Shown here: positions 10,736 through 20,661 of the stretch, piece after piece
Layout of the letters: every line of letters starts with the position of its first letter
Position numbering within the stretch: the first letter of the stretch is position 1
Assembly (NCBI GenBank): GCA_963832165.1
Contig: CAWHTE010000007.1
Span: 608,001-672,000 of the forward strand
DNA from: an uncultured delta proteobacterium
GTDB lineage: Bacteria > Myxococcota_A > UBA9160 > SMWR01
Direction: 5' to 3'
DNA length: 64,000 bases
Position numbers and translations under genes: made by a program
Notes under the pieces: model-generated
The model's database searches: none
The model's input: only the letters and a program-made list of their open reading frames with translations
What the model was told of the DNA's origin: nothing

Positions 10736-11917
10736 GTGAAGCTCCGCTTCGCCGATTGCGCGATCGACTGCGACCAGTACGAGTTCCTGCGCGCGGGCCA
10801 GCGCGTCGACGTCCAGCCCAAGGTGTGGGCCTTCCTGCGCCTGCTGGCCGAGAACGCGCACCGCGTCGTCCCGAAGGAAGAGATCCTTTCGAGTCTGTGG
10901 CCCGACGCCGTGGTTGCGGAGGGCTCACTCCAACGGCTCGCGAGCCTCGCGCGTACCGCTCTCGGCGACGAGAGCCTGCTGCGCACGATCCGCGGCGTGG
11001 GTTACCAGCTCGCGGCCGAGGTGCACGTCGAGGGCGACGATTCGCCCGCGCGCGAGCCGACCGAAGCGCCGTCCGCCGCGGGCGCGTCGCAGGAGATCCG
11101 CTTCTGTCGCACCGTCGACGGCGCGAACATCGCGTGGGCGTCGGTCGGCAGCGGGCCCGCGCTCGTGCGAGCGCTCGGGTGGTTCACGAATCTCGAGTAC
11201 GAGTGGGCGTGGCCGCACGCGCGGCGCTTCTGGGAGATGCTGGGTGAGGGGCGCCGCCTGATCCGCTACGACGGGCGCGGGATGGGTCTCTCCGACCCGT
11301 GCAGCGAGTTCTCCCCCGAGCTGCGCCTGCGCGATCTCGAGGCCGTGGTCGCCGCGTCGGGCGAGCAGCGCATCGACCTCGTGGGATTGTCGGAAGGCTG
11401 CGGCACTGCGATCCACTTCGCTGTGCGCCATCCCGAGAGCGTGCGCCGCCTCGTCATCTACGGCCCGCCCGGGCTGCTCTTCCTCGACCGCACGCCCGAG
11501 CTCGACAGTCTCGCGCGCGTGATCGCGTCGCTGATCAAGGCGGGCTGGGGGACCGGGGGATCGAACCGGTTCGGGCGCATGCTCGCGGAGTTGTTCGTCG
11601 GCCCTTCGGCCGACGAACAGACCCGCATCCTCTTCGACCGCATGCAGCGCGCCTCGACCAACCGCGACACCGCGCTCTCCTACCTGCGCGGCATGCTAGG
11701 CGACGTTCGCGAGCAGGCGCGCAAGCTCTCGGTTCCGACGCTGATCGTGCACCGACGCGACGACGGGGTCTCTCCGTTCGAGGCGGCCAAGGTCGCGGCA
11801 ACGCTGATCCCCGGTGCCCGCTTCGTCCCGCTCGTCGGCGACAATCACTGGCCGATGGCCGACGACCCGTCCGCGCCCGTGATGATCCGCGCGATCCGCG
11901 AGTTCCTCACCGACTGA
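10736..11917 (+). CDS. CadC/OmpR-type winged-helix regulator fused to an alpha/beta hydrolase domain
   Basis: LAENAHRVVPKEEILSSLWPD...LRTIRGVGY, then RYDGRGMGLS, GLSEG, GDNH. Confidence 0.88.
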   Translation: MKLRFADCAIDCDQYEFLRAGQRVDVQPKVWAFLRLLAENAHRVVPKEEILSSLWPDAVVAEGSLQRLASLARTALGDESLLRTIRGVGYQLAAEVHVEGDDSPAREPTEAPSAAGASQEIRFCRTVDGANIAWASVGSGPALVRALGWFTNLEYEWAWPHARRFWEMLGEGRRLIRYDGRGMGLSDPCSEFSPELRLRDLEAVVAASGEQRIDLVGLSEGCGTAIHFAVRHPESVRRLVIYGPPGLLFLDRTPELDSLARVIASLIKAGWGTGGSNRFGRMLAELFVGPSADEQTRILFDRMQRASTNRDTALSYLRGMLGDVREQARKLSVPTLIVHRRDDGVSPFEAAKVAATLIPGARFVPLVGDNHWPMADDPSAPVMIRAIREFLTD

Positions 11918-12655
11918 ACGACGCGCGGGATGTACCGAGGCGTGGTCTCCTGATAGCGGCGATACGCGTCTCCGAAGTAGGCGACGAGGTCCCGCTCTTC
12001 GAGGAACACGGCCACGACCATGTACGCGGTGGCCACGACGGCGAAGAGCAGATGCCCGGTGCTCATGGTGGGCGCCGCCCAGAAGATGATCGCCCACGAC
12101 ACGTAGATCGGATGGCGCATGTGCGCGTAGAGGCCCGGCGTCGCGAACGGGCGCGGCTCGTACGGCTTCCCGCGGAACGCGAGCCACGACTGGCGCAACC
12201 CGAACAGATCGAAGTGGTCGATCAGCGCGGTGGCATAGAGCAGCATCGCCCAGCCGCCGAAGTAGAGCGCGCGCAGCGCGAGCACGCCGGTTTCGCTCTG
12301 CACGGCCCACACGGTGCCGCCGATCGGCTGCCAGAGCGCGAACAGCGCGACGAGCGCGAGCGTCGAGAGCAGCACGTAGGTGGGTCGCTCGGCGGGCTCG
12401 GGGACGATCTTCGTCCACACGCGCTTGAAGCCGGGCCGGGCCATGCCCGAGTGCTGCACCGCGAACAGCGACAGGAGGCCCAGGTTCACGAGCAGCGCGA
12501 GACCGACCGGGCCCGGCGCGCCCGAGTCGATCGTCTTCGGGGCGATCCCGAGGTCGCCGATGAACGCGATCGCGTACAGGAAGCACGCGAAGAACAGGGC
12601 GTAGCAGATGACGCCCCAGGCCAGGAATGCGAAGCGTCTGGAGTCGGTTGGACAT
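11845..12655 (-). CDS. mddA: Methanethiol S-methyltransferase MddA family, frameshift near the N-terminus (about 12640)
   Basis: KTIDSG, LFAVQHSGMARPGFK, ERPTYVL, IDHFDLFGLRQ, MRHPIY, EERDLV; AGGAGG RBS before ATG 12655. Confidence 0.82.
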
Positions 12656-12803
12656 GATGGATCTCCTCCTGTGTAGAGCGGCTGCGCAGGGGCGGCCGCG
12701 CCTCACGGAATGTCGGCCGGAGCGGCGCAGAGATCCTGATCCGGGGCTGAGCATTTCCTGATTTCCGCAGCCGGCGCAGGCGCCTTGCTACCGTAGGAGC
12801 CCG

Positions 12804-13218
12804 ATGGCCGGCAGCACCGAGATCTTCACGGTCGAGACGCGCGAAGAGCAGCAGAGCTTCGACATCACCGCGCGCGTGCGGGACATCGTCGAGCGCGCGG
12901 GTCTCGCGCGCGGGCTGTGCCACGTGATGGTGTTGCACTCGACCTGCGCGATCGTCGTCAACGAGACCGCCGATCCGAACATCGGCAAGGACATCCTGCG
13001 CGCGCTCGGGTCGCTGATTCCGACCGAGAACGACTGGCTCCACGATCTCAAGGACGACAACGCCCATTCGCACCTGAAGGCGTCGCTGCTTGGGGCCGTC
13101 GGAGCTGATCCCGATCGTCGACGGCGAGCTCCTGCTCGGGAAGTGGCAGGCGGTCTGGCTCTTCGAGTTCGACGGCCCGCGCACGCGCCAGGTCGCCGTG
13201 CACCTCGTGGAGGGGTAG
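12804..13218 (+). CDS. YjbQ/UPF0047 family protein, frameshift about 13092
   Basis: HSTCAIVVNE..DP, DDNAHSHLKASLLG, then LGKWQAVWLFEFDGPR. Confidence 0.88.
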
Positions 13219-13250
13219 GGCGGGAGGAGCCGAAGGCGGATCCCGCCTCC
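13215..13250 (+). repeat. GTAG-type REP palindrome (family A)
   Basis: GTAGGGCGGGAGGAGCCGAAGGCGGATCCCGCCTCC; TAG is the stop of the YjbQ gene. Confidence 0.9.
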
Positions 13251-13322
13251 GCGACTTCACAGCAAGATTCTCCAAGTTTTCGGCGCGCTTCGCGGTAGCG
13301 TGTCGCCACAAGGAGAACTCGA

Positions 13323-13808
13323 GTGCGCGAAGGTGGCTGCGCATGCAAAGCCGTGCGCTACCGGCTCACGGACGAGCCGCTGATCGTCCACGCGTGCCAC
13401 TGCCGCGACTGCCAGTACCTCACCGGCAGCGCATTCGTGATCAACCTCTGGATCGAGCGGCACCACGTCCTCGCCTCGGGCGCCGAACCGCGCTTCGTCC
13501 GGCTGGCCGCGGGCACCGGAAAGCCCCACGACGTGTACTTCTGCGACGCCTGCAGCACGACGCTCTGGAGCCGCTACCACGCGCCGCCCGGCGACACGCT
13601 GTTCGTGCGCGGCGGCACGCTCGACGACCCCGCGTCGGTCACTCCCGACGCCCACATCTTCACGCGCACCAAGCTGCCGTGGGTCGCGCTGCCCGAGGGC
13701 GCGCGCGCGTTCCCCGCGATGTACGCCGACTTCGCCGCCGTCTGGCCCGCGGACAAGCTCGCGCGCTTCCGCGCCCACGCGGCGGAGCACAAAGCCGCGA
13801 ACGGCTAG
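13323..13808 (+). CDS. GFA/CENP-V family zinc-binding protein
   Basis: [29 protein letters not shown]. Confidence 0.9.
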   Translation: MREGGCACKAVRYRLTDEPLIVHACHCRDCQYLTGSAFVINLWIERHHVLASGAEPRFVRLAAGTGKPHDVYFCDACSTTLWSRYHAPPGDTLFVRGGTLDDPASVTPDAHIFTRTKLPWVALPEGARAFPAMYADFAAVWPADKLARFRAHAAEHKAANG

Positions 13809-13818
13809 ACTATTGGGG

Positions 13819-14664
13819 ATGCCCGATACCACCGCGCTGCGGCGCGGACCGCTCTCCGCCACCGACTACCGCTGCACTGCGGGGCCCGGCGATACGCCCT
13901 ACGTCGAGCGGCACGCGGCCTTCACGATCTCCTACGTGCGCCGGGGCAGCTTCGGCGTCGAGACGCGCGGCAAGTCCTACGACCTGGTGGCGGGGTCGGT
14001 GCTCGTGGGCCACCCCGGCGACGAGTACATGTGCACGCACGACCACGCCGCGGGCGGCGACGAGTGCCTCGCGTTCGCGCTCGAGCCCGAGCTCGTGGAG
14101 ACGCTCGGCGCGCGCAGCGACGTCTGGCGCGCGGGCTCCCTGCCGCCGCTGCCCGAGCTCGTCGTGCTCGGCGAGCTTGCCCAGGCCACCGCGGAAGAGC
14201 GCACCGATCTCGGGCTCGACGAAGTCGGGCTCTGGCTCACGGCGCGCTTCGTGAAGATCGTCTCGGGCGTGAAGCGCGCGGCGGCTTCACTGCGCACTGC
14301 CGACCGCCGCCGCGCCGTCGAAGCCGCGCTCTGGCTCGACGAGCACTCGCACGAGAACGTCGATCTCGAGACCGCCGCGCGCGCGGTCGAGCTCTCGCCG
14401 TTCCACTTCCTGCGTGTGTTCTCGCGTGTGATGCGCGTGACGCCGCACCAGTATCTCTTGCGCGCGCGACTGCGCCGCGCTGCGCGCCTGCTCAGCGAGG
14501 GCGAGCGCAAGATCACCGATGTGGCGCTCGACGTCGGCTTCGCCGACCTCTCGAACTTCGTGCGCACGTTCCACCGCGCGGCCGGCGTCTCGCCGCGCCG
14601 CTTCCGGACCGCCGCGAAGGGCCAGCGCAAGATTCTCCAAGATCGAATCGCAGCGCGTCTCTAG
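13819..14664 (+). CDS. AraC family transcriptional regulator
   Basis: [17 protein letters not shown]...[20 protein letters not shown]. Confidence 0.93.
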   Translation: MPDTTALRRGPLSATDYRCTAGPGDTPYVERHAAFTISYVRRGSFGVETRGKSYDLVAGSVLVGHPGDEYMCTHDHAAGGDECLAFALEPELVETLGARSDVWRAGSLPPLPELVVLGELAQATAEERTDLGLDEVGLWLTARFVKIVSGVKRAAASLRTADRRRAVEAALWLDEHSHENVDLETAARAVELSPFHFLRVFSRVMRVTPHQYLLRARLRRAARLLSEGERKITDVALDVGFADLSNFVRTFHRAAGVSPRRFRTAAKGQRKILQDRIAARL

Positions 14665-14690
14665 CCTCACCTCCATAAAGGAGGTCTGGC

Positions 14691-15062
14691 ATGTTCGATC
14701 ACATCGGTCTTCGGGTGAGAGATATCGCGGCGAGTGCGCGGTTCTACCGCGCGGCGCTCGCGGCGCTCGGCCACGAGCAGACCGCGCAGGACGCGGCGAG
14801 CGCGGGCTTCGGCTCGGACGGCAGCACGGGGCTCTGGCTCGTGCAGACCCAGGACGCGGGCGAGCGCGGTGCGCACCTCGCGTTCCGCGCCGCCGATCGC
14901 GCGTCGGTGGAGCGCTTCTACAAGGAAGGGATCGCCGCGGGCGGGCACGACAACGGCGCGCCCGGCGTGCGCGCCGACTACAGCGCGAACTACTTCGCGG
15001 CGTTCCTGGTCGATCCCGACGGCAACAACGTCGAGGCCGTGTGCCTCGCGCAGGAGAAGTGA
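14691..15062 (+). CDS. VOC/glyoxalase family protein
   Basis: MFDHIGLRVRD, HLAFRA, DNGAPGVR, YFAAFLVDPDGNNVEAV; AAGGAGG RBS. Confidence 0.92.
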   Translation: MFDHIGLRVRDIAASARFYRAALAALGHEQTAQDAASAGFGSDGSTGLWLVQTQDAGERGAHLAFRAADRASVERFYKEGIAAGGHDNGAPGVRADYSANYFAAFLVDPDGNNVEAVCLAQEK

Positions 15063-15064
15063 AC

Positions 15065-15470
15065 ATGGCGTCGATTCATCACGAGATCGTGATCGAGGTG
15101 CGCCCCGAGCGCGTGTGGGACGCGGTGCGCGACGTGGGTGCGATCCACGAGCGGCTCGCACCCGGCTTCGTCACGGATACGGTGATCGAGGACGGCGGCG
15201 CCGCGCGCGTCGTGACGTTCGGCAACGGCATGGTCGCGCGCGAGCTGATCGTCGATCTCGACGACGCCGCGCGCCGCCTCGCGTGGTCGGTCGTCGGCGG
15301 GCGCATGACACATCACAATGCTTCGCTGCAGGTCTTCGCCGAGGGCGAGGCGAGCACCCGCGCAGTCTGGATCGCGGACCTGCTCCCGCACGAGCTCGGC
15401 CCGATCATCGGCGGCATGATCGCGCAGGGGCTCGAGGCGATGAAGAAGACGCTCGAGCGCGTGAGCTGGG
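15065..15470 (+). CDS. SRPBCC (polyketide cyclase/MxaD-like) protein; native stop apparently lost, ORF reads on to 15733
   Basis: VWDAVRDVGA, RVVTFGNG, THHNAS, WIADLLP, GLEAMKKTLE. Confidence 0.8.
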
Positions 15471-15511
15471 GAGCCGAAGGCGGGATCCGCCTTCGGTTCC
15501 TCCCGCCCTAC
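15470..15511 (-). repeat. GTAG-type REP palindrome (family A)
   Basis: Minus strand GTAGGGCGGGAGGAACCGAAGGCGGATCCCGCC. Confidence 0.9.
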
Positions 15512-15741
15512 GACGACATCTCCGGGCTCGCTGAACTGGATCTAGATCCAGTTCGGCGGAATCGGGCCATATGTCGATCTCCGAAGTCGCGGAGCGCGCG
15601 CAGCTGGTTGTGCGCGCGACAGCGCAACGTGATGGCAGCGATCGAGTGCGTCCTCGTGCGGGACCACGCCTCCACGTGGTCGAATTCGAGGAACTCCTTC
15701 GTCTCACAGCGCCGGCCGCCTTCGGAGACTTAGGTGCACCG
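15508..15741 (-). pseudogene. HNH endonuclease C-terminal remnant
   Basis: Hand translation: RCT*VSEGGRRCETKEFLEFDHVEAWSRTRTHSIAAITLRCRAHNQLRALRDFG. Confidence 0.75.
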
Positions 15742-16035
15742 GAAGTGGCGCACCGACTCGGCGTCGAGGCGCTCCTGAAGTGCGGTCGAGCCGGCCAGGT
15801 CGCCGAACACGATCGTCACGACCTTGCGCGCGGTCGCGTCGTCCGCGGAGCGCGGCGCGGGGCCCGCGGGCGCGGCGGGCTTGAGCGCGAAGCCACACCC
15901 GCTGCAGAAGCGGTGATCGGGCCGGATCGGCGCGCCGCAGCCCGGGCAGCTGTCGGGCGGGGCGAGCCTCGCCCCACACGACGCACAGAAGCGGGCGCCA
16001 TCCTGATTGGCAGCGCTACAGGCCGAGCACTGCAT
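15730..16035 (-). pseudogene. Truncated double-zinc-ribbon class III adenylate cyclase
   Basis: CSAC...FCASCG, CPGCG...FCSGCG, then RKVVTIVFGDLAGSTALQERLDAE and an abrupt end. Confidence 0.82.
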
Positions 16036-16154
16036 CGATACCCGCTCCCCGCCGGGTCAATCTTTCTAACCGCGGCGGGGACTTCCCGTCAACGACGATC
16101 GCGGGCGACCTGCCCGCACCTGGCCGGGAGCATGGCGGCTTTGGGCCGGGCCGG

Positions 16155-16172
16155 GTGTGAAGCGCTTCACAC
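16155..16172. promoter_or_regulatory. Perfect 18-bp palindrome matching the CRP consensus TGTGA-N6-TCACA
   Basis: GTGTGAAGCGCTTCACAC between divergent cyclase remnant and RND operon. Confidence 0.6.
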
Positions 16173-16232
16173 TCTGCGGGACCTACCCGCGGCGCATGAT
16201 GAGGCGAGCTAACGTGCAGCAGGCGTAGGAAA

Positions 16233-19200
16233 GTGCGCCCCGTCCGCGCCCAACAGAGAGCCTCTTTGTCCGCGTCCCCGAGCCCCCCCGATGGCCCCCG
16301 CGCGCCCGGCTTCGTCGCGTTCTTCGTCGACCGGCCGATCTTCGCAGCCGTCGTCGCGATCCTGATCACGCTGGTCGGCGCGATCTCGTTTCCGCAGCTG
16401 AAGGTCTCGCAGTTCCCGCCGATCGCGCCGCCCACCGTCTTCGTCTCGGCCAGCTACACGGGCGCCTCCGCGGACGTGGTGGAGCGCACGATCACGCTGC
16501 CGATCGAAGAGCAGGTGAACGGCACCGAGGGCATGCTCTATCTGTCGTCGACGAGCGCGAACGACGGCCAGATGAGCATGTTCGTCACGTTCGAGCTCGG
16601 GCGCGACCCCGATCTGGCCGCCGTCAACGTGAACAACCGCGTCGCGGTCGCCCTGCCGCGCCTGCCCGAGGAGGTTCGCCGGCTCGGCGTCACCGTGCGC
16701 AAGCAGGCGCCCGAGCTCACGCTGGTGGCCAATCTGCTCTCGCCGGACGGCTCGCGCGACTCGCTCTTCCTCTCCAACTTCGCGCTGATCAACGTGCTCG
16801 ATTCGCTCAAGCGCGTGCCCGGCGTCGGCGACGTCAACATCTTCGGCGAGCGGCGCTATGCGATGCGCATCTGGCTCGATCCCGAGCGGCTCGCCACGCT
16901 CGGGCTCGCGGCGTCCGACGTGATCGACGCGGTGCGCGAGCAGAACGTGCAGGTCGCCGCGGGCCGCGCCGGAGCGCCGCCGTCGCCCGCCGGCGTTCAG
17001 CTCGAGATTCCGCTGCGAACGAAGGGGCGCCTCTCCACGGTCGAGGAGTTCGAGCAGATCGTGATCCGCGCCGAGCCGGGCGGGTCGCTGCTGCATCTCG
17101 GAGACGTGGCGCGCGTCGAGCTCGGCGCGCAGAGCTATGCCGGATTCGCGCGCCTCACCGGCGAGCCCTCCACCACGCTCGGCGTGTTCCAGCTCCCCGA
17201 GGCCAACGCGCTCGAGGTGTCGCGTGGCGTGCGCGCGGAGCTCGCGCGTCTGGCGGAGAGCTTCCCGTCCGGGATCGAGCAGATGGTCCGCTACGACCCC
17301 ACGCAATTCGTTTCCGAGTCGATCTCCGAGGTGATGACCACGCTGTTCGTGGCGATCGCCCTCGTGTTCCTGGTCGTCTACGTGTTCCTCGAGGATTGGC
17401 GTGCCACGCTGATCCCCGCCGTCACGATCCCGGTGTCGCTGATCGGCACGTTCGCGGTGCTCTACGCGATCGGCTTCGGGATCAATACTGATCACGCTGT
17501 TCGCGATCGTGCTCGCGATCGGGCTCGTGGTGGACGACGCGATCGTGGTGGTCGAGAACGTGTCGCGGCTGCTCTCCGAGGGCTATCCGCGCCGCGAGGC
17601 GGTGCTGCGCTCGATGGGCGAGGTGACGAGCGCGATCGTCGCGGCCACGCTCGTGCTCGGCGCCGTGTTCGCGCCCGTGGCGCTGTTGCCCGGGACCACG
17701 GGGCAGCTGCTGCGCAACTTCGGCGTGACGGTCACCGTCGCCGTGCTGATCTCGCTGCTCAACGCGCTCACGCTCTCACCGGCGCTGTGCGCGCTCGTGA
17801 TGCGGCCCGAGCGCGAGCACAAGCCGGCGTTCTTCCGCGTCTTCGACCGCGGCTTCTCCGCGGTGGTCGAGCGCTACGACCGCAGCGTGCGCGCGCTCTT
17901 TCCGCGCCGCGCGCTCGTGCTCGGCGTACTCGCCGTGCTGTTCGTCGCGACCATCCTGTTGTTCCGGTGCGGTGCCCACGGGCTTCATCCCGGATGAAGA
18001 CCAGGGATACTTCATCACGAGCTTCCAGCTCCCCGACGGCGCCTCGCTCGAGCGCACCGATGCGGTCGCGCGCCAGGTGGAGCGCATCCTCTCGGATACG
18101 CCGGGCGTGATCGGGTTCAACCTGTACGGCGGATTCGACGCGCTGACGGGCACCTCCCCGCCGAACTTCGGCTCGGCGTTCGTCACGCTGGCACCCTGGG
18201 ACGAGCGCACCGAGAAGGGGCAGGGGATCGACGCGGTGTTCGCGCACGTGCGGCCGAAGCTCGCCGCGATTCCGGGCGCGCGCGCGTTCGCGCTCAACCC
18301 TTCGCCGCTGCGCGGGCTCTCGCGCGTCGGCGGCTTCGAGTTCCAGCTCCAGGACAAGGGCGGCGGGACGCTCGAGGAGCTCGCCGCCGCGACGCAGCGC
18401 CTGATCGAAGAGGCCGAGCGCGCCCCCGAGCTCCAGAATCTGCTCACGGGGTTCCGCCCCTATGCACCGCAGGTTCGCGTCGACCTCGACCGCCCCAAGG
18501 CCAAGACGCTCGGCGTGCAGGTGGACGAGGTGTTCGAGACCCTCCAGGTGTTCATGGGCGGCACCTACATCAACGACTTCGACCGCTTCGGCCGGCTGTT
18601 CCGCGTCTATGCCCAGGCCGAGGGCGACCTGCGCACGAGCCCCGAGGACGTGAAGCGCCTCTGGGTGCGCTCGGAGCGCGGCGAGATGGTGCCGATGTCC
18701 ACGCTGGTCTCGCTCGAGCGGATCTCCGGGCCGCGCGACATCCCGCACTACAACGTGTACCGCTCCGCGCGGATCCAGGGCGAGGCGGCGCCGGGCTACA
18801 GCTCCGGTCAGGCGCTCGACAAGATGGAGGAGATCGCGCGCGAGGTGCTGCCGACCACGATGTCCTTCGAATGGACCGGCACCGCGTACCAGGAACGCCA
18901 GGCCGGCAACGAGGCGCGCGTGATCCTCGCGCTCTCGCTGCTCGCGGTGTTCCTGTTCCTCGCGGCGCAGTACGAGAGCTGGAGCCTGCCGTTCGCGATC
19001 CTGCTCGTGGTGCCGCTCGCGTTCGTGGGCGCGCTCGGCGCGCAGGCGCTGCGCGGCCTCGCGAACGACATCTACTGCCAGATCGGGCTCGTGACGCTGA
19101 TCGGGCTCGCGTCGCAAGAACTCGATCCTGATCGTCGAGTTCGCGAAGCGGCGCCACGCGGAGGGCCTGTCGCTCGTGGACGCCGCGCGCGAGGCCGCGG

Positions 19201-19448
19201 AGATCCGGCTGCGCCCGGTCGTGATGACGGCTTTCGCGTTCATTCTCGGCGTATTGCCTCTGGTGGTCGCGAGCGGGGCCGGCGCCGCGGCGCGCCGCTC
19301 GCTCGGGACCACCGTGTTCGGCGGAATGCTCGTGGCGACCCTACTCTCGTTGGTCCTGGTGCCCGCCCTGTTCGTGATCGTGCAGGGAGCGGCTGAGTGG
19401 GTGGGGCGCCGGCTGCGCGGCGTGCCCGCGCAGAGAGGAGAGGCATGA
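16233..19448 (+). CDS. RND efflux permease (HAE1/AcrB family), frameshifts about 17490, 17970 and 19120
   Basis: FFVDRPIFA, QFPPIAPP, YAMRIWLDP, GLVVDDAIVVVENV, PDEDQG, AQYESW, RLRPVVMTAFAFILGVLPL. Confidence 0.92.
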
Positions 19449-20638
19449 AGACGGCGCGTGATCGCCTGGGCTGCACCGCTGGCCGCACTCTTCGCGGCGC
19501 AGGGTTGGCTCGCCTGCGGCAGCGGCGACGCGGGCGGCCCGCCCGCGCCCGAGGTGGTCGTGGCGACCGCGCGCAAGGGCTCGGTGCCCGACCGGCGCGA
19601 GTACGCCGGCAACGTGCGCGCGGTGAACGCGGTCGAAGTGCGCGCGCGCGTGCGCGGCTATCTGGTCGAGCAGCGGTTCGAAGACGGGCACATGGTCAAA
19701 GAGGGCGACGTGCTGTTCCGGATCGATCCGAGCACCTATCAGGTGGCGCTGTCCGAGGCGAGGGGCGAGCTCGAGCAGGCGCGCGCCAACGCCGAGCGCG
19801 CGCGGCGCGAGTTCGCGCGCGCGGAGCAGCTCGTGAAGGACGACGTGGCGAGCGTCGCGGTGCTCGACTCGCGGCGCGCCGAGCGCGACGCCGCCGAAGC
19901 CAGGATCGCGAGTGAGCAGGCGCGCGTGAAAGCGGCCGATCTCGACCTCTCCTACACCCAGGTGCTCGCGCCGATCGCGGGCCGGATCGGGCGCGCGCTC
20001 GTCGACGTCGGCAACCTGGTCGGCGAATCGGGTCAGGACACCGTGCTCGCGCAGATCGTGCAGATCGATCCGATCCACGTCGATTTCGCGCCGACCGAGC
20101 GCGATCGCCTCAGCGTGCTGCAGCGACATCGCGACGGGTCGCTTCCCCGCGGACAACGAAGGCGTGCCCGTGGAGATCGTGCGCGGCGACGGCACGCCCT
20201 ATCCGCACAAGGGCGCGATCGACTACGTCGACCCGACGATCGAGCCCACGCGCGGCACCGTGGCCGTGCGCGCGCGCGTGCCGAACCCCGACGGGAATCT
20301 CAAGCCCGGCGAGTTCGTGCGCGTGATCGTGATCCGCCCCGACGTGCGCGACGCCGTGCTCGTGCCGCAGCGCGCGGTGCAGGAGCAGCAGGGCGGCAGC
20401 TATCGTGCTCGTGGTGACGGGCGACGGCACGGTCGAATCGCGCGTGGTCACGGTGGGGCCGTCGCACGACGGCCTGCAGCAGATCACGAAAGGGGTCGCG
20501 GCCGGCGAGCGCGTGGTGGTCGACGGCGTGCAGAAGGCGCGCCCGGGGCAGAAGGTGGCCGCGCGCGACATGGACGCGAGCGGAGTGGCGGCGCAGAAGG
20601 AAGAGCCCGCGAAGCCGAAGGATTCGGACGGCGCCTGA
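19445..20638 (+). CDS. RND periplasmic adaptor (MFP) lipoprotein, frameshifts about 20150 and 20405
   Basis: WLAC lipobox, VEVRARVRGYL, LFRIDP, APIAGRIG, VPNPDGNLKPG, VVVDGVQKARPG. Confidence 0.9.
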
Positions 20639-20642
20639 CGCG

Positions 20643-20661
20643 CGGGGCTGATCCGCCCTAC
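20643..20661 (-). repeat. Half GTAG REP at the thiI stop
   Basis: Minus strand GTAGGGCGGATCAGCCCCG. Confidence 0.55.

Noticed and set aside
15471..15733. Extended C-terminus of the SRPBCC protein
   Set aside because: Read-through into a REP and antisense HNH remnant; a TGA lies one base out of frame at about 15462.
16233..20638. RND operon as a pseudogene or programmed frameshift locus
   Set aside because: All fragments are contiguous and conserved, there are no slippery heptamers, and the same indel pattern occurs window-wide.
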